From NCBI GenBank assembly GCA_012026655.1, contig JAAILG010001136.1:1-64000 (forward strand): 64,000 nucleotides of DNA. Direction: 5' to 3'. This DNA is from Hydrolagus affinis (lineage: Eukaryota). Position 1 is the first letter of the stretch; each line of letters begins with the position of its first letter. The notes beneath the pieces were generated by a model. The model ran no database searches, was not told the DNA's origin, and was given only the letters and a program-made list of their open reading frames with translations. A program made the translations under genes and the position numbers. Of the stretch, positions 21,854 to 35,597 are shown piece by piece.

Positions 21854-22153
21854 GTGGAGTCCTGTAGCTCAGTGGTTAGAGCGCTCGTCTTACAAGCGAG
21901 AGACCTGGGTCAATTCCAGTCAGGGAGAAACTTTGGGCAAGTTTCCTTACTCCACACGCCTAATAATAATCCCTACAAAAAAACAATAATTGGTCATTTG
22001 AATGCATGACTGTTTGTGGGACACTGCTGTACGCAATTGACTGCCACACTTCACCCACAAATGTACAGTCAATCCATTTTACAGTATATTCTGTGAAGCG
22101 CTTTGAGATGTCTAGAAGACGTCGCTATATCAAATGCAAAGGTTATTATTATT
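21854..22153 (+). mobile_element. Full-length tRNA-derived SINE (~300 bp) with L2-type tail and (ATT)n end
   Basis: gtggagtcctgtagctcagtggttagagc head, B-box-like ggtcaattcc, core gggacactgctgt, tail gtgaagcgctttgagatgtc...atcaaatgcaaaggttattattatt. Confidence 0.9.
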
Positions 22154-23046
22154 CTCTAGTTTCCTCCTTTCTACAGTCAATGTATACGAACCTTGATTTT
22201 ACAATAAAAACTGTCTTATCGAAATAAATTGTCTTATCAAGTACAATTAATCAATGTCGAATTATAAGTCAGGGGAGTTTCACATTGTAATAGATCCCAA
22301 ATCAATTTTATTTCGAATCAGTTGGCATTGTTCCTTTTTCAATGAATGGAGGCAGGAAACTTTCTACACAATGTAAAATTTGTAACCTCTGCTTAAAACT
22401 ATTTTTGGTGACGTTTGTGATTGGAGTGAAGTTTTTAGAAATGATGGTCTTCTCTCAATTCCCCAGCTTTGATCACGGCTGATATTTGACTCTACCCAGA
22501 AAGCAAAATGCCCTTCGCTTGCCTTCTGGAATTGCAATTGTTAAAAAATAAAATGCTAAGTTGGGAGTCCAATTTTTATTAAACAAAATCTAACCTTTAA
22601 TTCACACTGGTTTGCAAAGGTTACAATTTCAACCTCACCATGACTGCCATAGAGGCAAACATGCATCACTTCTTACTCTCTCCCTTTCCTCCTTCAAAGC
22701 AAATCTCAAGACCCTACTCTTTGATTGGGCATTTGGTTTCCACCCTCCTACCCCTAACCTTCCTGCCCTCCACCCCTCCTGATCCCAATCTCCTGCTTGT
22801 GTCCAAATCCCTGACAGTCCAGTGCCTTGGATGTCCCCCTGACATAAAAGGCACTATACAAATGCAATTTGTTGTTGTTGTTGTTCCATATCAATTATAA
22901 TATAAGTCCCAACTTTTATAACAATTATAATATAGTATAACTATAACAATTATAGTATAGTACTATACTATATAGTAGTATATAGTACTATATACTACCA
23001 GTATAGTAGTTGTTTGGAACAAGAAAATGCCTTTCAACAGCTTAAT

Positions 23047-23651
23047 TAAACAGCTTGACTATGGGAACTCTCTCCTTGTTGGCCTCCCCAGCTCCTCTCT
23101 TCACAGACTGCAGATCATTCAGAATTCTGCAGCTCGTGTACTCTCCCGCACCAGGCTTCGCGACCACATCACTCCCACCCTCGCCCGTCTCCACTGGCTC
23201 TCCGTCCTTCAGAGGATCGAATTCAAGATCCTTGTTCTCACTTTCAAGGCCATTCATGGCCTTTCCCCCACCTATCTCTCCGACCTACTGTCTCCCTATC
23301 TGCCTGCCCGTCCCCTCCGTTCAGGCCTGGTCCGCGTCCACCTCCCCAACCACCCAACCATTGGCAGCCAGGCTTTCTGCCTCTCTACTCCCACACTGTG
23401 GAACTCCATCTCGCAGCCCCTCTGCCTCGCTTCCTCCCTTTCCTCCTTCAAGGCCGGTCTCAAGACTTTCCTTTTCGACCGCGCCTTTGGTTGCCCAACT
23501 AACTCTTCCCCCTCTCCCACTCTCCTTCCCCTTCCCCCCTACCCCGACCCTCCCCCCGCCCCCCACTCGGGTCCCAACCTGACTGATCAGCGCTTTGGGA
23601 CGTCCTCCCAACGTGAAAGGTGCTGTATAAGTGCAATTTTGTTGTTGTTGT
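23047..23651 (+). mobile_element. L2 LINE 3' end (ORF2 C-terminus, 3' UTR, (TTG)n tail)
   Basis: ORF 23027-23683 contains LDYGNSLLVGLP...[12 protein letters not shown]...HITPTLARLHWL...EFKILVLTFKAIHGLSPTYLSDLL, typical of L2 ORF2. Confidence 0.92.
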
Positions 23652-25046
23652 TAGTATCAACCGTTACCTACAATGGCAATTGACCAGTTATCCGTATCTA
23701 AATATTTGTCTTGAGGCACATTGGCACCACATGTCCTCTTTGAGTTGACGGAGCACAGATATAGGATGAAAGTTTTTTTGATATCTAAATGTAAGATTTA
23801 TTTTATTGTAAAGAAATCTAAACTGGCAGAGAAGCCGTGAAACTCAAACAGGAACACGACTGGTGGAACTGAGAACTAAAATGTGGCGTTAAAATGCAAT
23901 TTCTAAACCATTTTATAGTTACAAAGTTAAGAAAATATAAATTGGTCATTTGTCATGTGTTTTCTTTCACCTGGTCAGTTCTGAAAACAATTATGATTGC
24001 GCATTCACAACTCAGCCTATCTTTCTGCTGTGAGGGTCAGATTCAGTGATGGATACCATGATGTGTTTATTTCTTTGTTTACTTCTTTTCCCATCACTGC
24101 CTTAGATGAGATCAACCTTGCAAGTGTGCGACCATCTAAATCCTTATTCATACTGAATGTAGCAGCTTTGGTGAAGTGACACGATTGAGATTTCAAGTTA
24201 ATTCAAAGCAAATCTCTTGCTTTAGAGCAAAATAGCATCAGAATTTTTCACTGACTTTTTTAAACAAAATGTTTACTTGTATAAAGATTCTGGTGCTCAG
24301 TGCTTCCTGCTAAGCCAGTCCATTAAAAGCAGATTAGTTTGACTTTAGCTGGCTATATTTTATCCATCGAGCTTATCTAAAAATGGTTTGGGCTTTTAGC
24401 AAAGTATTAAATAACTGAATTTATGCAACCACACGATTTTCACTGCCAGCCTATCATCACAGAATTAGCTATGCATATTAATGAATCATCAATGTACAAT
24501 CATAATGATGCAATGACTGGATAATATGTAAATACATGAACATTGTTAAATGCTGCAGTATAGTTTGACAGTGTAATTATTCAGTTCTGCTGCTGAATCC
24601 CTGCACAACGCTTTCTCAATCAGGCTGACATAATGCTTTCTCAATCAGGTTGACTGAATCCTTTTCTAGACGGGCAACTCAGACACACGTGAATTACTTA
24701 CACAGCAGGCTAACTAAAGGAATTTTCCATCTTCACATTTCCACGTTTTAAATTGACTGGAATTCGAATCACCTCCGCACCTGAAGTAGCAAATCTTCCT
24801 AATACTCCCCTCCCCTCCCACCCCCAATCCCTCATCAGTAAATCCAACCTCAGTGCTGATTGGGTAATTGAATGTAAATGTACAAATGACACTAAAATGA
24901 CAAGCTTACAACTGTAACCATTCTACAACATTACTTACATTATGATTTTAACTGCGAGCATCATAAAAGTTAGATGTTAACACGGAAATAACTTGGTTGT
25001 TCGGAGCAGGATAAGGGGAAGGAAATACATCTGTTTAGAGACTCAC

Positions 25047-25264
25047 CACTATCTCAGTAGTAATTTCATGTTTGCTGAACCTGTACACGATCACATGTGC
25101 TGAGACACCTGCCACACAGAAGATTCTGCTCTCCGGGCACCAACTGATCATCTGTATAGCGAAGGGATCTTCTTCTACAATCTCTGCTGTTTGCTTTCCA
25201 TCCTTTACCTTTTGCTTTTCAAATACTTTGGAAGTTTTCAGCTTGTACAGCACTTGCAGGGTTA
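25047..25264 (-). CDS. STXBP5L: Tomosyn-2 exon, 218 nt (TLQVLYKLKTSKVFEK...FSKHEITTEIV)
   Basis: Acceptor ttgccag, donor GTGAGT, phase 1 to 0; lies within ORF 25035-25457; conserved EDPFAIQMISWCPESRIFCVAGVSAHVI. Confidence 0.95.
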
Positions 25265-26139
25265 CTGGCAAAGGACAAGCAAGAACAAACCAATCACAAC
25301 CAAAACCTTGCATCATTTGAAAACACATTAAGCACTGAATATTGACCCATCGGTACGGGGATTTGAACGTAACGCAAGCTGACATGAAAAGTATTTGGGG
25401 ATTTATTTCAGTCAGCATTGCAACCCTATCAGATCTGATATCTACCTGATGTTGCAAGTATTAGATCTTTGTGTTTTTTTTCTTCAACAAAATATAAGTT
25501 GGCAGTAACCGATATAGCCTCTGGCAAATAATCATCCCTATATAACAAAAACATACCGAATTTCAATTCTGGGTATAATTTTTGAATCCCTGATTTAATT
25601 TCAAACTAATATGGCAGCATAGACACACACACCACTGTTTGATTTTGCAGGGAAAGAATGTCATTTATTTAATTCAGTTTCATTCTGTGTTGTGAATTTC
25701 TGCCAACCAACAATACCGGTGAGCAATTAGACCAACATTTTTAACCCTTTAGAGCCTCAAGACAAAGGTCAGCCAGCACGGCTCTCACAAAGTTGAGCTG
25801 AATTTGTACGCTGGTGTTACAGTATTTAGAAAAGTCACCCACCCTTGCATTACAATGTGGGTGTTATGCTAAATGAAGTTTAAAATGAGTCCTGTCGCCA
25901 CATAAGAGATGGTGTAGTTATCCTAAGGCTCACGGAATGGTTTAACAATCTGCCTTTTTATGTACTCCTGGAAACACTAAATTCTATGTTCTCCCACCCT
26001 TGGTTATCAAGTTTAGTTTATTTCAAATTACATCTCGAAAGTAAAATCCAAATGAAAGTAGGCTGCAATTTAATGATATGATCTGCACATTGCCTATTTA
26101 GCGCCTGGAAACCACATCAATAGATGACTAATAGACTTA

Positions 26140-26547
26140 TGGTGATGACACACAAGTCTACTTTGCCTCCTCCAGTATCAACTCCAGGTGTTCTATCAGC
26201 TTGTCTGGCAGACGTCAAGGACTGGATGAGTGTAAACTTCCTGCAGATGAATATGGACAAGACGGAAACCATACTCCATGGCTCCTGTCAACCATCCTGT
26301 GGATCAAACCTCCTCATCCTCCCTGGGCTCTCCCTCAGACTCACTGAACTAGTGCACAACCTAGATGACTGGTTCAACCCCCAGCTGTGCTCCCCCCACC
26401 CCACTCCACCCTGACATGGACCGCCTTCTTCCACCTCCACCACATTGCCCGTCTCTGACCGTACTTTACTCCAAATGCAGACAAAACACTCACTCTGAGA
26501 TGCTATCCTGCGTGGAAGGCGCTATGTAAGTGAAAGTTGTTGTTGTT
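26140..26547 (+). mobile_element. L2 LINE reverse-transcriptase fragment joined to a 3' tail
   Basis: tatggtgatgacacacaa (YxDDTQ-like), LSACLADVKDWMSVNFLQMNMDKTE, tail ending gttgttgtt. Confidence 0.85.
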
Positions 26548-29500
26548 AATTGAATTAAGTTGAAACATTCTAATACTGGGCGGGCGCTTTAAAGTATTGG
26601 GGACTATGGCTTCAGTGGCCCCAGGAGTTACGGCCTGTCTAGATGAGTAAGAATAAGTGATGCATATACTGGTACTTCTGACAAACATTGTATTGCTTGC
26701 TCTTTACATTTAGCAAGTTTGCCATGCCAAAATAATTTCCCTTGACATGCATCTGACTGTCGTCAGTGGAGGCAAAAGTACTGTAACCGTGTTAGACAGG
26801 CCATGATGGTTTGTTGAAACAATGCCTGGCTGTGGAAACTTGTCGTGGAGATTGTCTGTAATTGGAGGTATATGAAATGAGATCTGACACGGCCAAAAAT
26901 ATTTGGGGCCACAGAAGGCGGCATCTAACAAAAAGTGGCGAGGTAATTGTGTGTCAGTGGCAATTACTGTAAGAAAAGTCAGCACAACCGGCATCAGAAT
27001 CATGCTATGATATCACTTGATAGCACGTAACATTTAAGAAGACTTTTTGAACTGGTGTAGATGCCACAAAAAACCTTGTCATCAATTAGCGCAAAGAGAA
27101 CATTAAATCCATATACTTCCTTCACAAATTTGTACGCTATTTTCAGCAAAGTCAGCTGGCTGACAACACCTGGAATTAAACTCCTTTTTCTAGTTCGATC
27201 CTACAGTGAATCCAACTTTGCATCGCAGTTTGTAATCTATGTAGGGGGTGGGGGGGGGGGGAATTATAAGGCAGGTCACCCAATATTACTGCTGTTGGTT
27301 TCATAATCACTTCCACTCTGAAACCAACCAAAGTATTTATGCCAGGAAAAAAAATACAACATTGACAGGTAAAGGTAAATCTGCAACTAATAACTGCAGT
27401 GCAAACTATACCCATGCAGCAGAGAACTATTTTGTGCCTTATTATGAAATACTGCTGCAATCGGATGTACAGTAATCACAAATAACTAGGGTTCACACGG
27501 TGCAATCACTGCTACAATCATGCAAATTGAAATGCATATGGTATTAGCAGGACCACCCACGCAGTTCAATGACGCTGTGTTTTTCTGCAACTGCAGGGTA
27601 CAGTGACGTAGGCCATTCACTGCACCCAGTCAATCTGGAATCACAGCCCCTTTTTTCTGATAGTTATGTGAAATAGCGCTATTTCAATAAGTACAGTACC
27701 TGTACTACGCTAATGCTTTTTGATGAACAAGCAGTTGTATCGTGAGTAGTCTGTTGGAAAATATGATTTATTTTCTAAACCTAGGTCAGTTATGTGTAGG
27801 TACAATACTGCTGCCTACTGCATGGATGTAAACAAATGGTCCTTTAACCCCATTTTAAATATGTTGCCTTGAAATAAATTATGTTGACTGTGTATTTTAT
27901 AATCTTTGTTTACACTTATGAGGTCTGTTTGTAGTTTGCCTATTCCATGTACAGTATAATTGGGGAGGACGGGTTTGCGTGGTTATGGGGAGAGAGCTGG
28001 GGAGCGGGATTAAATTGCTCTTTTTAAAGAGCCAGCACAGACTTGATGGGCATAGAGTTCCATTTTTGTGCCGTAAGATTCTATGATAATCTTTTTGTAG
28101 CAACATTTGTCAGCGATACAAACCTGCTTCCTTTTACGTTAACTAGAATGTATACCATCATCCATTAGCTTTGTACTGGAGTCAACTTTGTAACGTTGAA
28201 TGTGCCAGCCATTTTTGGCCTCCTAATTTCTGCAGTAGACAGAACACTTTTGTATGTCAAAGAAACTTGTCAGATATAATTCTAATAATTATAGGAGGAA
28301 AAAGTGTTCATCTGAGTGTTTTATTATCTTGTGTCTAAACATTGAATGTAAGTATTCATCCAAGACGTTACTTATTCCACAGATATTGCAATGTTTTGCC
28401 CCTGCACCGCATTCTATTAATCATGGTCGAGCTGTCATAGCCAACTTCATGATAATAATGATAAATGTTACACAGGTCCAGCATTGTGCATTTCTTTTGT
28501 TTCCTGTGTGGAATTCCTATTGTAGCTTTGATGAGTGTCATAAAGTGCATTCATTTTCATACAGCACAGCTGGATTTGCAACATCAGCTGCTTTATGGTC
28601 ACTAAAGATCTCCTTTGAGTTGTTGAAACATGTTAAAAATTCTAAAACCAAGTCGCCATTGTCTAGCTTTTCACTGCAAGCTTCTCTAAATAATGCTGAA
28701 CACAGGAAGCTCTGGACGAAACATGGTCTCTTTGTGTGCAACCATTTAACATACATCAGAATTTCTGAATCATTGTTAGGAATCACAAGAAGAAAATATA
28801 AATATTTTAGATATTGTGTGGGTTGTACTTATAGGAAGGTAATATGTGTGACTTTTTCTCTAGGCAGGTTATGACATTTCTGGATCAGTTAATAAGTTCT
28901 TTGCGAGAACAGATTGAGATGACTGAGACAATCTTACTGTGTATGAAGTTATGATTTGGTGCTAGTCCACATAAGTAAGGCAAATTCCAATTGAGATTAT
29001 ATATAGTCTGTGCAAACAACATGGTACAAAAGACAGGTACAAAATCCATGGTCAGTGACAAGGTCTAATCAGGCGTAAGGAATATTTGATGCAAATGAAA
29101 GGAAAGTGGAGGTGGAGGTTTGGATTCAGATTACAGTAAATTGCTTGACAAGGTTGGATGCTGCAGGGTGTCAACAGACCGTTCTTTCAGGATGGGATTT
29201 AAATCCTACAGGAAAAATAGCTATTTTCTCTGCTGCATAGGAGCCATGTGCAAAATGAATCCGCACAGTTTCTGTTTAGTTGCCACCAGCAGTGAGTTCC
29301 CTTTGGAACTTGGGTTTAAAGAACAATCTTAAAACCATAGAAATGGTACAGCACAAGGGGTGGCCATTCAGCCGATTGTTTCTGTGCTGGTTCTTTAAAA
29401 AGCAATTCTTCCAGTCCCATCTTGGCACAGAATAAATTGATTTTGAATCATGTGATACCCGACTTGTGTTTGCTGGATGCTCTCAATAAAAGGATTTCTG

Positions 29501-29866
29501 CTGTTCGGTGAAGTCACAATTACAGAATGACTGACTTTATCAGCAAATTTTAGCCAGTTAGGTGACCAATTTGGAAGAAATGTCCCATTTCACTGCAGTG
29601 ATATCCTCTCATTGATGAGCACAGAAATACATCTTCCCTAAAAATGTTTTTAAAATGTCTGCCATACAGTTGAATACAGAAAAATAAACAGTTTTCTCCT
29701 TGCATCGCTTTTTAAACAAGAAAACAAAATTGTACTCGTTTGTACAAATATAAGATCAAGGTAGAGAAAGTGATAAATGAAGTTTAATGCAGAGTTAAAT
29801 AAATGACTGAATGGATTATTTTCATATATGTACATACAATGCAAAGATTGGAGCTTACACACTTAC

Positions 29867-29907
29867 TGGCAGAAGCATCCCAGAACTTCAAAGAACCATC
29901 AGCATGC
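29867..29907 (-). CDS. STXBP5L: Tomosyn-2 exon, 41 nt (HADGSLKFWDASA)
   Basis: Acceptor ctcatag, donor GTAAGT, phase 2 to 1; completes the WD40 GHADGSxKFWD signature. Confidence 0.93.
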
Positions 29908-32045
29908 CTATGAGAAACAGAAGCTTTGTTACAAATTAAAAGGAATCAGTCTCATAGCTGACTTGCCTGTGAGCTTTTCCGACCCCTGCAATAACCAATA
30001 AGGGATCAGAAAAGCCCTCTCGAGGAAAGTGGCAGCGTGGCTGATGTCTTACCATAAGAAAAGTGCCTTGTGATGGAAAATTCTTTTGAATCCAGAGAAT
30101 TGCCTGTTTGTCATCCTGAATGTGTGAGAACTTGGCTCTAAATTGAGCTTGCTGCACGGCTGAGCTCTTCACCAGCACTCGGAGTGGAATTTCCTGCACA
30201 AAATGTGGTTTGAGCTTTTCTGATAGTTAGTTGCCATCAGTAATGCTACTGCTTTCAAGAGAAGCACTTTTCAACCCCACTGTTACCGGTTAGGAAATTT
30301 GTTGGAAATCAGTAAACTTACATTACACAAAAGGGCGATAGTTAATGGCCTAATGTTTCCCACCCTGTGGCTGGTGAACATAGTATTACCAACAAACCTT
30401 ACCTGACACCGCTCCAAACACATCTGAAACAGGTAAAGTAACTTGCAGTACAAAACTCACAAAAGTTAGGTCTTATTCTCCAGAAATGTGTACCGCGATA
30501 AAGGGTTAACAAGCTGACAGCGGGGATTGTAAAACAACGCTATCATTGTAATATACTCACATCACCACACAGTGTTCAGAGGTGAGAAACCAACTTAGCT
30601 CTATTGAAGACATATCAATTGAACCATTTCAATGCAGAAAACCACACTTTCGTTTTTTTAAAATAGTCATACTGCTTATAATAGCAAGTAGATAAATATG
30701 ATCTAAAAATATTATCTTTTTTTTAAATCTAAAACCACATAGATAAAAAGATAAGATTCCTCCATCCAGAATATTTTTTGGGGGGTTTGTGTGTGAGGCA
30801 GATTACTTCTCATCAGTTTATTTTCAATAGTCTGTTCAAAATTAAAATTTTCAGAACAATATTGTGGCTATTGTATGTGCAATGAATGACCCACAACACA
30901 ATCAAGTCAGTATTTGCCAAATAATGCATTATCGCTTCCCTGTAAACCTCACCATCAACTAGGGCTATCAGTACCTTACGGCAATTGATAGCTACAGTAA
31001 GAAAACTGACCATGGCTTCTTCTCATTTAATCACAGTTAATTGTTCAGTGAGGAGAATAACGACAGTCTCTTAAAGAGTATATACTTGTATACTTGTGCA
31101 GAATCTCTCAGATTTCTTCCCTGACCACAATCTCTGACTAATGTATAATATCTGATAGAGAGTAGCTAAGTGATGCTTTATGAGGACACCATCATTGAGC
31201 TATCAACTAGACGCTCATTGATTCCACCTAATGTGAGCTGGTACGTTCATTTTGTCTCAACATATAAAATTACCAGAATTGTGGAAAAATCTTAAATCAA
31301 GTCTTAATTTGGAAGCAAGCGTTATGCAGGTTGTGGAAAGAACCAACATTCAAATTCAGATGAAATTTTGTTTTACGGATTAAAGTGAAGTTGAATTTTT
31401 GGGCCCCTGAATATGGGGAAGAGGTTCACCCATGACATCGCTCTAATTATCTGTTGTTAGCTAATTCCTCCTCACCATATCATTGTCTGTGAATGGGAAA
31501 TCATAACGAGGGGAGGAGAAGTGAAGCCAAGTTTCTACAATGGCCAACAACATTGGATGCTGATGCTCCAACGGTCCCCAATCACCACTTAACTTTTTTG
31601 TTGCTCATTTTAGAAACAGCTGAATTTTCCCAAACAAGCTAGAGCTAGACTGCCGATTGATTCTGGGATTCAATCCATCACATTCTGGCTGCAAGTCTAC
31701 TGCCAAAGTTATTGCTTCCTAATTTGCTTATAAATAACTTCACAATTACAATTTAGTTTTCTGTAAGATTATCCTGATATTAATATTTTGCTACGGGTAA
31801 GTAATATTTGAGATTGGACTTGTGTTTTCTCTATACGTACATAAAATGACATCTCTGAAGCCTGAGTGGAAAGGAAAGGAAATTGAACTTATTGGAAATC
31901 TAAAAGTAACTTTAATGATATTCCTGAGGCATATTATTCAAACCTATGAATAAATTGTAGCGGAGCAAACAACTTCAAAGAAAATACAACATCCAGCACT
32001 AAGAAGTTGTTGATTCCTTGCTCCACTGTTGAGTTTCCTCCTTAC

Positions 32046-32113
32046 CCAGTTATGATTATTTCAGGATATGTCTGTGAACCCAGATTCCATGTACCACCAC
32101 TGATTGGCCATTC
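32046..32113 (-). CDS. STXBP5L: Tomosyn-2 exon, 68 nt (EWPISGGTWNLGSQTYPEIIITG)
   Basis: Acceptor tctccag, donor GTAAGG, phase 0 to 2; conserved EWPISGG and YPEIIITG. Confidence 0.94.
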
Positions 32114-32527
32114 CTGGAGAGAAACAGAGATATAAACAGATGATATCAACAGAGATATAAACATATTCCAAGCTGAATACAATATATTTAAAATCCCTGG
32201 AAACCGAGTGAAATTTACTCGCCTTTTAGTAAAACGTCAAATGTTGTGCTTGGTTTACTAAATCCTCCAGTAATGTTCTAAAACGTTCTGCGCTCTACAA
32301 GTGTGATTTTGTTGTTGTTGTTGTTGTTAATAATCACACTGATTTAGTAACTAACCAGGTTAAAAAGAAGTTAACTGCCTTAAGGGCAGGAGAATTGTCC
32401 AAGGCTGTTAACAATAGTCCTTGCATTTGATCACGCCTTTGAGACGTCTCAAAGCGTTTCACCGAATATACTGTAAAGTGAATTGACTGTATATTTTGCA
32501 AACAAGATTAAATGATGAAAATGTTAC

Positions 32528-32678
32528 CTTTGTGCTATATCCTTGCTTCTTTTGTTGTTTGGCTCCCACTGAATAAAGAGCAGGTATCAGATCGGGAGGA
32601 CAATCAGCAAAGTACTCAGAGCAGGTCACTGGAGACTCATGTATGTCCATTGGATATGAGTTTTCAAAGATCGGAAAG
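32528..32678 (-). CDS. STXBP5L: Tomosyn-2 exon, 151 nt (FPIFENSYPMDIHESPVTCSEYFADCPPDLIPALYSVGAKQQKKQGYSTK)
   Basis: Acceptor catcag, donor GTAACA, phase 2 to 0; conserved YPMDIHESPVTC; lies within ORF 32459-32701. Confidence 0.95.
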
Positions 32679-32959
32679 CTGATGAACAAAAGCAGAAACA
32701 ATACTAAATCATAAACAGTAAAGAAAACTCAGACAATGAGAACAACACTCCACAGTTTATTGAATAATATGACTACAACTTCTCTTTCAGGGTAATTAAA
32801 TGTCAATAGTTACAGTTCAGGTTGTCTGAGTTGATAGCATTCTCCATTAGGGGAGTCACAGATTCGAACTGACTCGAGGCTGGCCTTCCAGACACTGGAG
32901 AATACTGTAAACCTGGAATTTCATTATAAATAATCTAGACAAAATGAGGAGGCAGAAAT

Positions 32960-33190
32960 AGCCAGTAGCAAATCTAAAAGGAAATATGTGGCCAACTTCT
33001 TTACACAGATTATGGATCTCACTGCTGGAGGCTGTGGTTGAAGCAGAAAGTGTCAACACATTTAAGAGTGGTGCATTCTTCAGGGGGAGAAACGAACAGC
33101 AAGGTCTGGGAGAAGGCATGAGGAGGGTGGAGGTTCACGTGAAGTATAAACACTGGCCAAATGGCCTGTTTCCATGTTTTTACCTTCAAT
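32960..33190 (+). mobile_element. CR1 LINE 3' fragment
   Basis: ttctttacacagattatggatctcactgc...gtggttgaagcagaaagtgtcaacacatttaagag (WNSLP..VVEA..F-like) and ggccaaatggcctgtttc tail. Confidence 0.65.
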
Positions 33191-33531
33191 GCAATTTATA
33201 TTGATCTCCAGTAATGTTGTAAATACCCTGATAATGAAGAGAAATGTTGAAATGTTACAAACTACGGATGTAAATAGCTGGCTGTTCTGACACTGATATC
33301 ATCAGTAGCCATGTTGTTTGAAAAAGATTTAGGTAACCGCTGAAGCAATGGTGAATAAGTACCAGTATAGTGCCTCTGGTTAAAGTCTTCATTCTTTTTC
33401 CAGCCTGTTTGAGACCACGAGTATTGCTTTTTGCAACCTTTCGTTATAGATCTTCACACGGAAAATGTCAAAAACGTGCAATTGTTGCAAACTTAAACTA
33501 GGCATGCACTTGCCTGTGCAAATATGCTTAC

Positions 33532-33604
33532 TTGCTTTGTGTTAGATCAACAACAATTAAGTCCTTTTCAAGTAGCACGACCACTGCATAAGGATCCTGG
33601 AATT
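33532..33604 (-). CDS. STXBP5L: Tomosyn-2 exon, 73 nt (FQDPYAVVVLLEKDLIVVDLTQS)
   Basis: Acceptor ttcacag, donor GTAAGC, phase 1 to 2; highly conserved PYAVVVLLEKDLIVVDLTQ. Confidence 0.94.
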
Positions 33605-34547
33605 CTGTGAAATAAAACCCAAATAGACAGGTTGCAGTTATAAATTAGCTTGTACATAATGAAAGCATGTGCCTAATTAATCATGAGTAGCTCCTCAAAT
33701 ATTTAAATCATCATTTCCTATTGTGCTCATAAAGATCCAAGGATTAGTTATCAAAATGAAGGAAAGCAATCTGGATGGGGGAGAGGCACATTTTCACATG
33801 AGATGACCACTGCGTTAGACTTTAATAATTACAGAGCACTGGAAGACTTGCTTCTATCCATTATGAACAATGGAAGCAGCTAAGATGTTGTTCTATTTTA
33901 ACTGTGAAAGCCCAAACAATTGTTCCCGGAGTAGTCTATCTATGTCTTGCTTATTCTGAATAGGATTTATTCCTGCAAATAACATAATGGAAGTAGAAAA
34001 TGATCCGCGTTGACATTCTATACAGTGTTCATTTTTTGCTGTTGGTTTGCCACAGGAATAGCTTGCCATTTATTTTCAGGCTAGCAACCGAACCCTATGA
34101 TGATGCAAATGGGAAGGGTCTTGAATACATCATTCACATTAGCATTAAACCATGACAGTTTAAAGGGTATAGAACCAATGTAGCATTTTTTCTGATTTTG
34201 AACACAGAAAACCTTAAGTGAGGATCTGGATCAAATTTGGATACTTATCAGAGCAGGTAACGGAAGAATAAAGCCTAAAGAAATGCAAACCAAGATATAA
34301 TTGGAGATTCTATTCGTTCATTGGTAATATATTAAAGATAAAAATGGAAGTTGCAAATGTTATTTGAAAAGTGTTTCTTTATAAAATGAAAAGATTTCTT
34401 TGGTGTAATGAAATTCTGAATTTGACATAAAACGTCTTGAGTAAGGAATATTTATGGTTATTTTTCAAAAGATTACTTTAAGCCCTGAAAATGTTCCAGT
34501 CTTCTAAAGAGGAAAATTAAACACTGCTTTCCCTCCTCTTAACTTAC

Positions 34548-34702
34548 CGTTTGGGTATGGTGTTTCACAAAGTGTTAGAAAATCCACAACAGGATAGTCC
34601 ATTTCCAGGACAGTAACGGACTTGCCGTGCATAATTGTCAGGCTGGGTCTTCTGCAGCCCTTATCATAGGAAAGTCCTCCAGAAAAGATTATAAATGGCT
34701 CG
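34548..34702 (-). CDS. STXBP5L: Tomosyn-2 exon, 155 nt (EPFIIFSGGLSYDKGCRRPSLTIMHGKSVTVLEMDYPVVDFLTLCETPYPN)
   Basis: Acceptor ttttcag, donor GTAAGT, phase 2 to 1; LLGL/tomosyn-domain peptide; lies within ORF 34504-34770. Confidence 0.95.
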
Positions 34703-35597
34703 CTGAAAACAAAATTGTAATTACAATACAACTTCTTTAAAAATAAGAAGAATACGGTTTCCTTCCTCAAGGTGTTAAGACATTTTCAGAATAAATTAAT
34801 GCTGGAAACTTATTGTTGTAAAACTAAAATCACTCATATTTTATGTTAAATTACTACACAATGATACATGCATGAATAACAACAATATTACACCTTTCAC
34901 GTCAGGAGGATGTCCCAAGGTGCTGGAGAACCACAGTATGGAAACTTACACTTTTTCCAATTTCCAAACATAAAAATCGCAGCAAACATTTCCAGGCCAG
35001 CCATGGGATGGGTTACCCTACAAGGCTGTGAGAATATATCTTAACTCTTAGCTTAGAACACTTCCAATATTTTTTTAAAAATTCTAAAAGCTCTTTGCTT
35101 GCAGAACTTGTTTGCTGAAACATTGTCAACTAACGGCAAATTTGTGCAGAGAACTGAGCTGAGACAATTTAAACCCATAACCTTTATCCAGAGGAAATCT
35201 GATGAAATTTGCGCATCAAATGGATTAAAAATTGCAGAAGCGGCAGAAAACATTCAAATTCATTGTGCACAAGATTCTCATTATCGGATAGATGGAAAAC
35301 TTCCTTCATCTTCGCCTGGGTCGAATTTTAATATAGTCCTCATAGGTGCAATGTGCTACTCCGAGCTACTGTATGACCTAGCCCTTACCACCAGAAAGAA
35401 TAGATTCTCATTCACTGTATGTCAGAATCAGCCATAGGTACCAGATATAATACAGCCATTGTTCTAACACCAGTTCTTACTTGCTGGAAGAATCTAGGAA
35501 AAATATACACCTCTAAATATACACTATCTAAAAGCAACAGAACCAGTACAATCTGCTCCTTTCCCCACACCAGCCACCCCCACCCTCCACACCCCAC

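Noticed and set aside
21854-21925. tRNA-like sequences (gtagctcagtggttagagc...)
   Set aside because: These are SINE heads followed by the family core and tail; no intact cloverleaf tRNA gene.
22172-22289. Possible Tc1/pogo-like MITE (tacagtc...gtttcacattgta); also a hAT-like end at ~26575-26637
   Set aside because: Terminal inverted repeats are too degenerate to confirm without genomic copies.
27243-27261. Long G-run / G-quadruplex candidate
   Set aside because: Simple homopolymer tract; common and error-prone, with no functional context.
28254-28874. 206-aa plus-strand ORF
   Set aside because: Intronic, antisense to the host gene, no recognisable motif, composition typical of translated AT-rich non-coding DNA.
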